A stretch of 64,000 nt of DNA from Candidatus Doudnabacteria bacterium (GCA_016788665.1 JAEUSF010000003.1:35021-99020), one strand, 5' to 3'. Positions 1 through 10,350 are shown, counted from the stretch's first letter. Numbers and translations are program-made. The notes: a model not told the origin generated them from the sequence alone.

Positions 1-88
1 TATAAAAAAAGAGGCAAAAGAGGGTGATGTTGTTTTGGTCATGGCGGTGGGAAGCTTTAACACTCTTGCCTACGATTTATTGAAATAG
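1..88 (+). CDS. 3' end of an upstream gene; the C-terminus (...GDVVLVMAVGSFNTLAYDLLK*) resembles a Mur ligase C-terminus, possibly MurC
   Basis: Open frame 2..85 running in from the window edge, stop TAG at 86-88. MurB follows directly. Confidence 0.3.
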   Translation, partial: IKKEAKEGDVVLVMAVGSFNTLAYDLLK

Positions 89-92
89 ACTT

Positions 93-1184
93 ATGAATAT
101 ACATTCAAGCATTTTATTGGCCCCATACACGACTTTTAAAATAGGGGGCCCGGCAAAATTCTTTTGCGAAATTAAAGACCAGTTTGACGCACTGACTGCT
201 TTTGAGTTTGCAAAAAAAGAAAATTTATCAGTTTTTGTTTTGGGCGGAGGCAGTAATTTGCTAGTGAGTGACCGGGGTTTTAATGGTTTAGTAATAAGAG
301 TAGTAAACAGGGGGGTGGAAGTAATAAAACAGGATAACAGCGGTGTCAGTATTAGGGTTGCTTCTGGTGAAAATTGGGATGAGTTTGTAAGTTTTTGCGT
401 AAAAAATGGCTGGTGGGGTTTGGAAAATTTGTCTCATATTCCTGGCAGCACGGGAGCAATTGCTGTTCAGAATGTGGGGGCTTATGGTCAGGAAGCGAAA
501 AATGTAATAGATTCTGTGACAGTTTTTGATACTGCAACTAATCAGATTTTGAGTTTTAAAAATTCTGATTGTGGGTTTGCTTATAGGACTAGTATTTTTA
601 ATACATCGCAAAAAGGACGATATATTATTTTTGATATTATTTTTAAACTTAAAAAAACCGAAGCCCCTATACTTAGTTATAAAGATTTGGCTGAGTGGTT
701 CGAAAATAAATTTCCCGATTTGGAAAAAATAAGAAACGCGGTCATTCAGATTCGCGACCGCAAGTTTCCATTTCCCACCGAAGCAAAAAAAGGTAATGCC
801 GGTTCCTTTTTTAAAAATTTGCAGCTAAACGCCGAGCAGTATGGAATTTTAAAAGAAGCTGTGGTAAGGGAGTTCTCTTTAGAGGCTTGGGAAAAGCTCG
901 ATACAAAAGTATTTAAGGAAGGTAGTTTGTACAAAATACCGACCGCTTTTTTGCTAGAACTATGTGGACTTAAGGGTGTAGAAATTGGAGGTGCTTGTAT
1001 AAATGCAAATCAGCCCCTTGTTATTGTAAATAAAACTGGAGAAGCCACATCCTCGGATGTTGTTGAAGTGGCTAAAACTGTCTTAAATACCTTAAAATCT
1101 CGTTTGGGTGTGTGTGTGAATATTGAACCGGAACTGCTTGGTTTTTCCCAAAGTGAACTTAGGGATTTGGGGCGTGTGCTATAA
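93..1184 (+). CDS. murB: UDP-N-acetylenolpyruvoylglucosamine reductase (MurB)
   Basis: FAD-binding N-terminus (PYTTFKIGGPAKFF, VLGGGSNLL) and overall MurB-like sequence. C-terminal extension compared with typical MurB. Confidence 0.8.
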   Translation: MNIHSSILLAPYTTFKIGGPAKFFCEIKDQFDALTAFEFAKKENLSVFVLGGGSNLLVSDRGFNGLVIRVVNRGVEVIKQDNSGVSIRVASGENWDEFVSFCVKNGWWGLENLSHIPGSTGAIAVQNVGAYGQEAKNVIDSVTVFDTATNQILSFKNSDCGFAYRTSIFNTSQKGRYIIFDIIFKLKKTEAPILSYKDLAEWFENKFPDLEKIRNAVIQIRDRKFPFPTEAKKGNAGSFFKNLQLNAEQYGILKEAVVREFSLEAWEKLDTKVFKEGSLYKIPTAFLLELCGLKGVEIGGACINANQPLVIVNKTGEATSSDVVEVAKTVLNTLKSRLGVCVNIEPELLGFSQSELRDLGRVL

Positions 1185-1226
1185 TTTAGAGAGGTGGGGG
1201 TTATTGAAGAATTAATTGATTGTTTT

Positions 1227-1556
1227 ATGAATTTAAATATAAAAGCAACTAACACGACAGCCACGCCGGCTATAAAGCAGTTTATAGAAGAGAAGCTTAG
1301 TTCTTTGGAAAAATTTTTAAGGCCCGAAGATAAAATAAGGGTTGAGCTCGAGGTGTCAAAAAAACACCATACCGGGTTGGTGCATAGAGCAGAAATTGAC
1401 ATTCAGCCCCATGGGTATTATGCGGACAGTCGGGGTGTAGATTTTTACGCAGCAATGGACCTGGTAATGCCCAAAATTAAGGAACAGTTGGTTAAACAGA
1501 AGGACAAAAAGGTGAGTGAAAGGCGAAAGGTTAAAAGACTTGGAAAGGGTGCATAA
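1227..1556 (+). CDS. hpf: Ribosome hibernation promoting factor (HPF/RaiA, sigma-54 modulation protein family)
   Basis: MNLNIKATN...TPAIKQFIEEKL matches the HPF N-terminus. Basic C-terminal tail. The track ORF starts at an upstream GTG (1194); the internal ATG at 1227 is preferred. Confidence 0.75.
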   Translation: MNLNIKATNTTATPAIKQFIEEKLSSLEKFLRPEDKIRVELEVSKKHHTGLVHRAEIDIQPHGYYADSRGVDFYAAMDLVMPKIKEQLVKQKDKKVSERRKVKRLGKGA

Positions 1557-1681
1557 TAAAATATAATTTTTAATCAAGGGGAATCCTATCTTTTTTTAGG
1601 ATTCCCCTTGTTCTTTGGCGTTTTGGGTGGTATAATTAGACATCTAAAAGCAATTATTTCAGTAAATAAACCGGCTAAAAC

Positions 1682-4426
1682 ATGTCATTTTTTACAAGAA
1701 TTTTTGGAGGGGAAAAAACCGCTCTAGAAAAGTACGGTAGCGAGCTTAATAAAATCAACGGCTTTAAAGAAGACGTTTTTAAACTTACCCAAGAAGAAAT
1801 ACAGTCCGAAATTTCAAATTTTAAATTGCAAATTGCAAAATATTCTGACCGGGATTCCATACTCACTGAGCTAAAAAATATTAGGCCGAGGGTTTTTGCT
1901 TTAGTTAGGGAAGCTGCGGCCAGAAGTATTGGTCAAACGCATTATGATGTGCAAATGCTTGGGGGATTGGCCTTAAGCGATGGTCGGATCGCAGAAATGA
2001 AAACTGGTGAAGGAAAAACTTTGACCGCCACCGCGCCCATGGTTTTGTATGCCCTGGCGGGTAGGGGCGCGCATTTGGTTACGGTAAACGACTATTTAGC
2101 CAGGTGGCAGGCCAGTCTTATGGGGCCCGTTTATAAATATTTAGGTTTGAGTGTTGCTTCAATTCAGCACGAAGCTTCTTTTTTATATGACCCAAGTTAC
2201 CAGCCTGGTGAGGATGAGCTGAAAAAAATGGAAGGCGAAGTTCAGGGTTTGGTTATGGACGTAAAGCATATGAGGAAGGTTGACCGTAAGGAGGCTTATA
2301 TGGCCGATATAACTTACGGCACTAACAACGAATTTGGGTTTGACTATCTGCGCGACAACATGGCTCAGCATACTATGCAGCTTGCACAGAGAGATTTGTT
2401 TTTTGCCATTGTTGACGAAGTTGACTCTATTTTAATCGACGAAGCTAGGACGCCGCTTATAATATCTGCGCCGGATACCGAGCCCACAAGTAAATATTAC
2501 GATTTTGCTAAATTGGTAGAAAAGCTCGATGATAAGACGGATTACATAATAGATGAAAAGAAAAAAGCTACAAGTTTAACCGATGCTGGTATAAATAAAA
2601 TTGAAAAGCTTTTGAATGTGCCGAATATCTATGACACTTCAAAGGGGGTTACTACAATTCATCATATAGAGCAGTCGCTTAGAGCAAAAACCTTGTTTAA
2701 AAAGGATCGTGACTATGTTGTTAGGGAAGGTGAGATAGTTATTGTCGACGAGTTTACCGGTCGTATGATGTTTGGGAGGAGATATAGCGAAGGATTGCAT
2801 CAGGCTATCGAAGCTAAGGAAAACGTAGAAATTCAGGCAGAAAGTAAAACTCTGGCAACAATTACGTTTCAAAACTTGTTTAGGCTATATTGGTTTTTAG
2901 CTGGTATGACTGGAACGGCAAAAACGGAAGAGGAAGAATTTTTCAAAATTTACAGGCTTCAGGTGGAGCAGGTGCCTACCAACAAACCCAATGCGCGTTT
3001 GGATGGGCATGATATGGTTTATAAAACCGAAGACGCCAAGTTTAAGGCCATTGCCAAAGAAGTTAAAGAGCGCAATAAAAAGGGTCAGCCTGTTTTAATT
3101 GGTACAGTCAGCATAGCCAAGAACGAAATATTAGCAGAGCATTTAAAGTCGGAAGGTTTGAAATTTGAAATTTTGAATGCTAAAAATCATGAAAGGGAGG
3201 CTAATATTATTTCTCAGGCGGGACGCTTGGGTCAAATAACTTTGGCTACCAACATTGCTGGTCGTGGCGTGGACATTTTACTTGGTGGAAACCCCCCGGA
3301 CTTGGAAGAGGCGGAAGAAGTAAAAAAGGCAGGCGGTCTGCATGTGCTTGGTACGGAAAGACATGAGTCAAGGCGCATAGATAATCAGCTCCGAGGACGC
3401 AGCGGTAGGCAGGGGGATCCGGGCAGTAGTCAATTTTTTGTCTCTATGGAAGATGACCTAATGCGTTTGTTCGGCGGTGAACGTATGAAGTCTTTAATGA
3501 CAAGCTTAGGTTTGCCAGATGATCAGCCTATTGAAGCGAGATTGGTTTCCCGGTCAATTGAATCAGCTCAGAAGAAAATTGAAGGACTGAATTTTGACAC
3601 TCGAAAACATGTTTTAGAATTTGACGATGTCTTAAACCATCAGCGCAACCATATATACAAATTAAGAAGGAAATATTTGCCGGGCAGAGGCGCAGGGGCT
3701 GAAAAGCAAGAAGAGGCGAATGATGAGGGCGGACTAAAATCGGAATATCTGGAACTTGTTGAAAAAGAAATAGAAACTGTAGTAAAGTTTAATTTGAATG
3801 CCGGGGAACACGGGTCTTTGGAAACTCCAGAAGACAGGATTTTAAAAGAGCTGGGCACAATGATGCCAATAGATGCCGAGTTAACGGTAAAAGTTAAAGA
3901 GAGCGGTAAGAATTCGGCAGACAAAGAATTCGCAATTATAGATACTTTAACAGCATTTGCCACAGAGCTTTTGGAAAAAAGGCAAAAAGATATGGGTACG
4001 GAAGTCTTTGACGGTGCAATGCGGTTTATTGCTCTTTCCAGCATAGACCAACTGTGGATGGAACATTTGGATACCATGGACCATTTAAGAGACTCTGTAA
4101 GGCTAAGGGGATATGGACAGCGTGACCCGTTAGTGGAATACAAAAAAGAAGGTCATGAGCTGTTTAAGAATTTGCTGGAGGAAATTAATAAGCAAATGGT
4201 TTACACTGTGTTTAAGATTCAAGCTCAAATAGAGGCTTCTCCAGCGCCGGCTGCACGGTTAGTCACAAATAAGTCGGATTCTGCTGATTCTGGCCAGCTA
4301 ACGAGCGAAAGCGGCAGTGTGGGGAGGAATGACCCTTGCCCGTGTGGAGCTATTAATCCAGAAACAGGTAAGGCCTACAAGTATAAACGATGCGGTATGA
4401 TAAATGCTCCGTATCATAAAAAATAG
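1682..4426 (+). CDS. secA: Preprotein translocase ATPase SecA
   Basis: 914 aa. DEAD-like motor motifs (MKTGEGKTL, DEVDSILIDEART, TNIAGRGVDI). C-terminal zinc-binding tail CPCG...C. Confidence 0.95.
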   Translation: MSFFTRIFGGEKTALEKYGSELNKINGFKEDVFKLTQEEIQSEISNFKLQIAKYSDRDSILTELKNIRPRVFALVREAAARSIGQTHYDVQMLGGLALSDGRIAEMKTGEGKTLTATAPMVLYALAGRGAHLVTVNDYLARWQASLMGPVYKYLGLSVASIQHEASFLYDPSYQPGEDELKKMEGEVQGLVMDVKHMRKVDRKEAYMADITYGTNNEFGFDYLRDNMAQHTMQLAQRDLFFAIVDEVDSILIDEARTPLIISAPDTEPTSKYYDFAKLVEKLDDKTDYIIDEKKKATSLTDAGINKIEKLLNVPNIYDTSKGVTTIHHIEQSLRAKTLFKKDRDYVVREGEIVIVDEFTGRMMFGRRYSEGLHQAIEAKENVEIQAESKTLATITFQNLFRLYWFLAGMTGTAKTEEEEFFKIYRLQVEQVPTNKPNARLDGHDMVYKTEDAKFKAIAKEVKERNKKGQPVLIGTVSIAKNEILAEHLKSEGLKFEILNAKNHEREANIISQAGRLGQITLATNIAGRGVDILLGGNPPDLEEAEEVKKAGGLHVLGTERHESRRIDNQLRGRSGRQGDPGSSQFFVSMEDDLMRLFGGERMKSLMTSLGLPDDQPIEARLVSRSIESAQKKIEGLNFDTRKHVLEFDDVLNHQRNHIYKLRRKYLPGRGAGAEKQEEANDEGGLKSEYLELVEKEIETVVKFNLNAGEHGSLETPEDRILKELGTMMPIDAELTVKVKESGKNSADKEFAIIDTLTAFATELLEKRQKDMGTEVFDGAMRFIALSSIDQLWMEHLDTMDHLRDSVRLRGYGQRDPLVEYKKEGHELFKNLLEEINKQMVYTVFKIQAQIEASPAPAARLVTNKSDSADSGQLTSESGSVGRNDPCPCGAINPETGKAYKYKRCGMINAPYHKK

Positions 4427-4470
4427 AGCAAAATATATATTTACAAATCTAACTACTAACTACTAATACT

Positions 4471-4749
4471 ATGAGCGATTTTTTAAAAAAGCAACCAACG
4501 AAAACCGAGCAGGCTATGTATGAGCTTGCTATGCACATGCAGCATTTGGACAGAAGCCTGGTAACCAATTCGGCATTTATGGCAATTTTGGCAATGCAGT
4601 CGAAAATTGATCCGAAGGTTATTGCCGAATACTTAACTACCAAAAGGGAAGAAGTGCATGAGTACAGTAAAAAAATTAACGCAGCCATAGACGAAATAGA
4701 AGCAAAGTCCAAAGAGCAGCCAAAAGCAGAAGAAAAGCCTAATGGTTAA
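4471..4749 (+). CDS. Hypothetical protein (92 aa)
   Basis: ORF between secA and the Nudix gene, no recognisable motif. Ends at the Nudix start (14 nt apart); the listed Nudix-frame ORF start at 4742 overlaps its last 8 nt. Confidence 0.35.
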   Translation: MSDFLKKQPTKTEQAMYELAMHMQHLDRSLVTNSAFMAILAMQSKIDPKVIAEYLTTKREEVHEYSKKINAAIDEIEAKSKEQPKAEEKPNG

Positions 4750-4795
4750 AAATTTATTATCTTTTTTCGCACGCGTGAAAAAAGATAATTTTTTT

Positions 4796-5254
4796 ATGAC
4801 ACAACAAAGTGACAGGCCTAAAATAGGTATGGGGGTCTATATTTTAAACGAAAAGTTTGAGTTGCTTTTGACTTTGAGAAAAAACACAGTAGCATCGGGA
4901 AAATGGTGTCCGCCCGGCGGGCATTTGGAATACGGTGAAGAGCCGGCTGAAGGAGCGAAGCGGGAGGTTATGGAAGAAGTTGGTTTGAAAGTGGAGACAA
5001 TTGAATTATGGGCGGTAGTCAATAATATTATGAAGGATCCTGACAGGCATTATGTGAACCTGGATTTTTTTGCAGAAAAGTGGAGTGGAGAAGTTAGAAA
5101 TGTGGAGCCGGAAAAGTGTGAGAAAATAGAATGGTTCGGTCTAAACAATTTGCCTGAAAATTTAATGGATCCTTTGGTAAATTTCTTAAAGAGTAATCCC
5201 AAGTGTTTTTGCAAAAGCGGAAAACAATTAAATGAGTGCCATGGGAAAATATAA
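4796..5254 (+). CDS. NUDIX hydrolase
   Basis: Nudix box GGHLEYGEEPAEGAKREVMEEVGL (GX5EX7REUXEEXGU). Start taken at ATG 4796; the upstream ORF start at 4742 is an alternative. Confidence 0.8.
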   Translation: MTQQSDRPKIGMGVYILNEKFELLLTLRKNTVASGKWCPPGGHLEYGEEPAEGAKREVMEEVGLKVETIELWAVVNNIMKDPDRHYVNLDFFAEKWSGEVRNVEPEKCEKIEWFGLNNLPENLMDPLVNFLKSNPKCFCKSGKQLNECHGKI

Positions 5255-5808
5255 TGCTGAAATTTATTACCGGAAATAAAAATAAATTTAAAGAAGTTTC
5301 TGTAGGTTTGGCGCCTTTAAGAATTGAGCAGTTAAATATAGACCTATTGGAAATTCAGGAGCTCGACCGAAAGAAGATTATTGAACATAAAATTAAGGAA
5401 GCTTTTAAGCATCATAAGGGTGAGTTTTTAGTCGAGGATGCATCGTTTTATTTGCAAGCCTTTAATTATAAATTTCCAGGACCATTTGTTAAGTGGTTTC
5501 AGCAGGCTGTAACTAACAATGATATAGTAGCTTTGGTAAATAAAACCCAGAAACTAGGAGTCAAGTATGTGGTAGTTATTGGTTACGCTAAGAGTCCAAG
5601 CCAAATAAAGTTTTTTGAAGGTGTTGTAGAGGGGAGTATTGTAAAGAAAAAAGGTAAAGGGGGCTTTGGTTTTGATCCGATAGTTATACCCAAGGGGTCT
5701 AAAAAAACCTTGGCTCAAATGAAAGAAGTGGGTGATTATTCTTTGAGTGCTAGAGGCAAAGCTTTGGTTAAACTTAAAAAGTATTTAAAAACTAGGAACC
5801 AAAATTAA
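5254..5808 (+). CDS. rdgB: Non-canonical purine NTP pyrophosphatase (RdgB/Ham1/ITPase family)
   Basis: N-terminal ITGNKNKFKE and a later FGFDPIV motif typical of Ham1/RdgB. Start ATG overlaps the Nudix stop. Confidence 0.75.
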   Translation: MLKFITGNKNKFKEVSVGLAPLRIEQLNIDLLEIQELDRKKIIEHKIKEAFKHHKGEFLVEDASFYLQAFNYKFPGPFVKWFQQAVTNNDIVALVNKTQKLGVKYVVVIGYAKSPSQIKFFEGVVEGSIVKKKGKGGFGFDPIVIPKGSKKTLAQMKEVGDYSLSARGKALVKLKKYLKTRNQN

Positions 5809-5837
5809 GTTGGTAACATATCTGAAGTTTTGAATCT

Positions 5838-5938
5838 GATGATTCCCATTGTGATTTTTATAGTTGAAAAATGAGATGGTTGTTTAAACTAAATTTTTGA
5901 ATTTATTTTATATATTTGCTGGCACAATGGGAATCATC
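5838..5938. repeat. Long-range perfect 16-bp inverted repeat (GATGATTCCCATTGTG ... CACAATGGGAATCATC) enclosing a 69-nt AT-rich loop, between rdgB and the UDG gene
   Basis: Arms at 5838-5853 and 5923-5938 are exact reverse complements. Confidence 0.7.
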
Positions 5939-5970
5939 TGGCCTAAGCACGTGGGTCTAATTATATCTCA

Positions 5971-6534
5971 ATGAAATTGACTCTTAAACAAAAACAGGCA
6001 TCCCTTGAAATGATTAAAGGAGAGATTGAGAATTGTAAAATTTGCAAAAAAGGCAAAATAGGGAGAGCAGTTCCGGGAGAGGGAAGCGCTAATGCTAAAA
6101 TCGTTTTTTTGGGTGAAGCTCCGGGTAAAACGGAAGCCGAAACAGGCAGGCCGTTTATTGGAAGAGCGGGAAAGGTATTGCGGGGACTAATTCAGGACGT
6201 GGGTCTTAAAGAAGACGAAGTTTTTATAACTAGTCCGGTAAAATATTTGCCTAAGTATGTTACGCCGACCGAGGCTGACATAAAGCATGGTTTTTTGCAT
6301 TTAGATAAGCAGCTAGGAATAATACAGCCTAAAGTGGTGGTTTTAATGGGTAGAGTGGCAGCTTTGGCAATTTTAAAACGTCAGGTGGAAGTATCTAAGG
6401 AGCATGGTAAAATAATAGAACTTGATGAGAGAAAATATTTGTTAACCTATCATCCTGCAGCTCCCTTGTATAGCCCAAAAGTGAAACCAGAACTAGTAAA
6501 AGACTTTCGTAAAATTAAAAAATTACTCAAGTAA
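5971..6534 (+). CDS. Uracil-DNA glycosylase, family 4
   Basis: GEGSANAKIVFLGEAPGKTEAETGRPFIGRAGKVL is the family-4 UDG active-site signature. Confidence 0.75.
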   Translation: MKLTLKQKQASLEMIKGEIENCKICKKGKIGRAVPGEGSANAKIVFLGEAPGKTEAETGRPFIGRAGKVLRGLIQDVGLKEDEVFITSPVKYLPKYVTPTEADIKHGFLHLDKQLGIIQPKVVVLMGRVAALAILKRQVEVSKEHGKIIELDERKYLLTYHPAAPLYSPKVKPELVKDFRKIKKLLK

Positions 6535-6535
6535 G

Positions 6536-7054
6536 ATGCATATAAAGTTGGTCAAGCCTTCGGAGAAATATAAAAAGTCATTTCTGCAATCTTTTAAGTC
6601 TCTGTATTTGTTTAATTATCAAGACTTGGATTTGTCATATAAGCAAGTAAATCTAAATTTTAAAGAGTTTTTAAGAACACTGCATAATCAGTCAAATAAG
6701 AAAGCGTTGGCTAAAGGGCGCGTACCTAGTACAACTTATTGGCTTGTTCGGGACTTAAAATATTTAGGCAGTGTTAATATTAGACATTATTTAAACAAAC
6801 ATTTAAAAAGAGTCGGTGGTCATATTGGCTATGAAATTACACTCAAAGAAAGAGGTAAGGGGTACGGCAATGCGATTTTAAAACTGGCATTGAAAAAAGC
6901 TAAACGGCTTGGCATAGACAAAGCTTTACTGACTTGCGATAAAAGTAATATTCCTTCTAAAAAAGTTATTGAATACAATGGCGGCAGGATTATAAAAAGT
7001 TTGTTTAAACAAGGTAAAGCGCCGGAAAAACTACGATACTGGATAAAAGTATAA
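6536..7054 (+). CDS. GNAT family N-acetyltransferase
   Basis: GYEITLKERGKGYGNAILKLALKKAKRLG fits the acetyl-CoA binding motif A. Confidence 0.6.
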   Translation: MHIKLVKPSEKYKKSFLQSFKSLYLFNYQDLDLSYKQVNLNFKEFLRTLHNQSNKKALAKGRVPSTTYWLVRDLKYLGSVNIRHYLNKHLKRVGGHIGYEITLKERGKGYGNAILKLALKKAKRLGIDKALLTCDKSNIPSKKVIEYNGGRIIKSLFKQGKAPEKLRYWIKV

Positions 7055-7056
7055 AT

Positions 7057-7755
7057 ATGGAAAAACGAAATCAAAACATGCGGGAAGTATTGGATTCTTT
7101 GCCAGAAGTGGAAATAGATATTGTGGGGGCTGACCTAAAACTTTTAAAAGATTTTTTACTTATACAGGCAAAGTCTGAAACGAGGCGTTTGGCAACCAGT
7201 GTTTATGAAAAAACAAAACCATGGGTTATGCCGGAAGCGGCGAGTGTAAGTGAAAAAATTGTGCAGGCAATAAAGTTTGCTGCTGCAAATAATTTAAATA
7301 TACGTTTGCGTAAGGATGGGGAAAAACAGCTGTTTTGTGTTAAAACTAAACGAGATGAAAATAAGACGGGGCCAGATAACCGACAAGAATTTGAATTGGA
7401 GGTAACGGCTGAAGAACGAGTGGTGATTGAAAGCTTGTTGAATGCTTGTGGTTATGAGCTCTCGGCGGTTCGGGAAAAGGAACGAACCACATTTGTAATA
7501 AGCCACAGCGGGCAAAGTTTTAAGGTGGATATTGACGAGTATCCTGCGGTGGGCCTCAAGAATGAAGCCTCAGTTAAGGCTTATAAGGTTGAAGTTGAGG
7601 GTCCGGATGAGGTGGGTGTTAAAAATTTTGCAGAATCAATTATACAAAAAAGTGGGGCGGGGGGTGTTATGCAGAAAAGTACGGAAGCACAGTTTTTAAA
7701 AAGCCAGGGTTACCCTAAGAAAAAAATAAGACAGTTAAGATTTAATTATGAATAA
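7057..7755 (+). CDS. CYTH-like (triphosphate tunnel metalloenzyme) domain protein, tentative
   Basis: IRLRKDGEKQ...EFELEV...TTFVISHSG..FKVDIDEY resembles the CYTH beta-strand pattern. The canonical N-terminal EXEXK is not clear. Confidence 0.35.
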   Translation: MEKRNQNMREVLDSLPEVEIDIVGADLKLLKDFLLIQAKSETRRLATSVYEKTKPWVMPEAASVSEKIVQAIKFAAANNLNIRLRKDGEKQLFCVKTKRDENKTGPDNRQEFELEVTAEERVVIESLLNACGYELSAVREKERTTFVISHSGQSFKVDIDEYPAVGLKNEASVKAYKVEVEGPDEVGVKNFAESIIQKSGAGGVMQKSTEAQFLKSQGYPKKKIRQLRFNYE

Positions 7756-10294
7756 AGTTTTGTTGTCAAAATATATAAAGCCTGAACGTTACAAGCTTTC
7801 AGTTAAGCCCAGTTTGGAAAATTTTGTTTTTGAAGGTAAAGAAATGGTGTATTTGGAATTGTTAAAACCCGTTAAAGAAATTACACTCCATGCAAAAGAT
7901 TTGAAAGTTACTGACGTAGAATTTAAAATTCGAAATTTAAAATTTCAAACGGTAAAAATTAAATACGACACAAAAGCTGAAACTGTGACTTTTGTGTTTA
8001 GTAAGGCATTGCTAAAAGGTAAGGGTGAGTTGTCTTTAAAGTTTAAAGGCGTGTTAAATGACTTTATGCGTGGTTTTTACCGAGGCAGTTACACGCACGA
8101 AGGTAAAAAACGTTATTTGGCTACCACCCAGTTTGAAGCGACTGATGCCCGCAGAGCTTTTCCATGTTTTGATGAACCGGCATTAAAAGCGGTATTTGAG
8201 GTTAGTATTATTTTGCCTTCTGGTATGACCGCTATTTCCAACACCGTTGAAACCTCAGTTAAAGAGCATGGAGGTGGTTATAAAATAGTAGAATTTTCCC
8301 CAAGTCCGAAAATGTCTACATATTTACTTGCATTTATAGTGGGGGATTTTGAACATATTGAGGGTAAAACAAAAAGGGGTGTAACTGTAAGAGTTTTTGT
8401 TACACCCGGGAAAAGGCATCAGGCCAAATTTGCTTTAGAGTGCGGTATAAAGACTTTGGATTTTTATGAAAAATATTTCGATATAAAATATCCTTTGCCA
8501 ATAATGGATATGATTGCAATTCCAGATTTCTCCCATGGGGCAATGGAGAATTGGGGCGCGGTGACTTATAGGGAGTCGGCTTTGCTGGTTGATCCTGAAA
8601 ATTCTTCCAGTGCTAACAAGCAGTGGGTGGCTTTGGTTATTGCCCACGAATTAGCTCATCAATGGTTTGGTAATTTGGTCACAATGCATTGGTGGACAGA
8701 TCTTTGGCTTAACGAAGGCTTCGCCTCCTATATTGAATATTTGGCTGTGGACCACCTGTTTCCTGCCTGGGACATCTGGACTCAGTTTGCTTATGTAGAT
8801 TTGGGAGCGGCTTTGCGCCTCGATGGTCTTAAAAATACTCATCCTATAGAAATTGAAGTAAAGCATCCTGACGAAATTGGGGAAATTTTTGACGAAGTTA
8901 GTTACTCTAAAGGCGCAAGTTTGATTCGGATGTTAGCCGATTATTTGGGAGAAAAAAACTTTCGAGATGGGCTTAGATACTATTTAAAAAAGCATGCTTA
9001 TAAAAACACTAGGACCACAGATTTATGGGATGCTTTTGAAGCAGTGTCTAAAAGACCGGTAAAATCTCTTATGCAGAATTGGACCAAAAAAGAGGGTTAC
9101 CCGCTGCTTAAAGTTACAGAGCGTCCTAAAGAAATTGTATTAGAGCAGTCAAGATTTTATATTTCACAAATTTCCAAACGCTCCTATGGTGACAAGACGC
9201 TCTGGCAGATTCCTATTAGTATAAAGTCGGCTGGGCAAAAAAAAGTTTCCAAGATTATACTGGATACAAAGTCGAAAATTATACCGAAGCCAAAAGGCTG
9301 GGTAAAATTTAACACGGAAGAGGCTGGATTCTTTAGGACTGACTATCCGGCCCAAATGCTCAAGCTTTTGCACCCGGCCATTATGCAAAAGAAGCTATCT
9401 GCCGTGGATAGGCTAGGTATTATTCGTGACGCCTTTGCTTTAGCCGAGAGTCAGGAGTTGCCTACTGCCGAAGCTCTGAGACTAGCAGAGAGCTATAAGA
9501 ATGAAACAGATTTTACCGTTTGGACAGAAATTTCTGCTGGTATAAATTCAGTTTACCAATTAATATGTGGACAACCGTACGAGGCCTTGTACAAAAAGAT
9601 GGCCAGTGAAGTTTTTAAGAAACAAGCTCTTTTATTGGGTTTTAGGCCAAAAAAAGGTGAAAGCCATACCGCTGGGTTGCTTCGGAGTTTGTTGCTAAAT
9701 AACTACGGCTCTTTTGGCGGGCAAGAGGTAGTAAAAAAAGCGAAAGAAATTTTTTCATCTGGAAAAGTACCTGCCGATATACGGGGCGTGGTTTATCAGT
9801 TGGTTGCTGAAAGCGGGGGAAAGAAAGAATTTCAAGCTTTGCTAAAGAAATATAAAACTGAAAGCTTAAATGAGGAAAAGAATCGGATAGGAAGGGCGTT
9901 GGCAAATTTTAAGCAGCCAGAAATAGTACGCGACGTTTTAGATTTGTGTTTAAGTGAGCACGTAAGGCTTCAGGACGCCCCGCTAATTTTAGCCTCAGTT
10001 ATGGTTAACCCACATGGAAGGGAAGAGGGTTTTAAATTCTTGAAAAAGAATTGGGGCGAGTTAAGCAGGCGTTATCCTTCCAGTGGGCATATGCTGGCGC
10101 GTGTAATAAAACCTTTGGGGCTATTTTCTTCACAAAAGCATTTAGGTCTTCTAAAAAAGTTTTTTAAGAATAAAAAGTCAGCAGGTCTTGGAAGGGCAAT
10201 TGAGCAAGTATTGGAAAAATGTGAACTTAATGTTTTATGGTTAAGGAACGAAAATATTAAAATAAAAAATTGGCTGGAAAAACAGGTTGGTTAA
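7748..10294 (+). CDS. pepN: Aminopeptidase N (M1 family zinc metallopeptidase)
   Basis: GAMENWG exopeptidase motif and HELAHQWFGNLVT...LWLNEGFASY zinc-binding HEXXH-X18-E. Confidence 0.9.
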   Translation: MNKVLLSKYIKPERYKLSVKPSLENFVFEGKEMVYLELLKPVKEITLHAKDLKVTDVEFKIRNLKFQTVKIKYDTKAETVTFVFSKALLKGKGELSLKFKGVLNDFMRGFYRGSYTHEGKKRYLATTQFEATDARRAFPCFDEPALKAVFEVSIILPSGMTAISNTVETSVKEHGGGYKIVEFSPSPKMSTYLLAFIVGDFEHIEGKTKRGVTVRVFVTPGKRHQAKFALECGIKTLDFYEKYFDIKYPLPIMDMIAIPDFSHGAMENWGAVTYRESALLVDPENSSSANKQWVALVIAHELAHQWFGNLVTMHWWTDLWLNEGFASYIEYLAVDHLFPAWDIWTQFAYVDLGAALRLDGLKNTHPIEIEVKHPDEIGEIFDEVSYSKGASLIRMLADYLGEKNFRDGLRYYLKKHAYKNTRTTDLWDAFEAVSKRPVKSLMQNWTKKEGYPLLKVTERPKEIVLEQSRFYISQISKRSYGDKTLWQIPISIKSAGQKKVSKIILDTKSKIIPKPKGWVKFNTEEAGFFRTDYPAQMLKLLHPAIMQKKLSAVDRLGIIRDAFALAESQELPTAEALRLAESYKNETDFTVWTEISAGINSVYQLICGQPYEALYKKMASEVFKKQALLLGFRPKKGESHTAGLLRSLLLNNYGSFGGQEVVKKAKEIFSSGKVPADIRGVVYQLVAESGGKKEFQALLKKYKTESLNEEKNRIGRALANFKQPEIVRDVLDLCLSEHVRLQDAPLILASVMVNPHGREEGFKFLKKNWGELSRRYPSSGHMLARVIKPLGLFSSQKHLGLLKKFFKNKKSAGLGRAIEQVLEKCELNVLWLRNENIKIKNWLEKQVG

Positions 10295-10321
10295 GTATTT
10301 TAGTTTTGTCTTTTGACTAAC

Positions 10322-10350
10322 TTGCTGTAAATTTTAGCTTTTGATATAAT
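10322..10350 (+). promoter_or_regulatory. Putative sigma-70 promoter for secDF: TTGCTG-17-TATAAT with extended -10 (TGaTATAAT)
   Basis: Hexamers read directly from the sequence, about 85 nt upstream of the secD ATG. Confidence 0.4.

Noticed and set aside
3640-4143. 167-aa minus-strand ORF inside secA
   Set aside because: Antisense to a conserved gene, with no signals.
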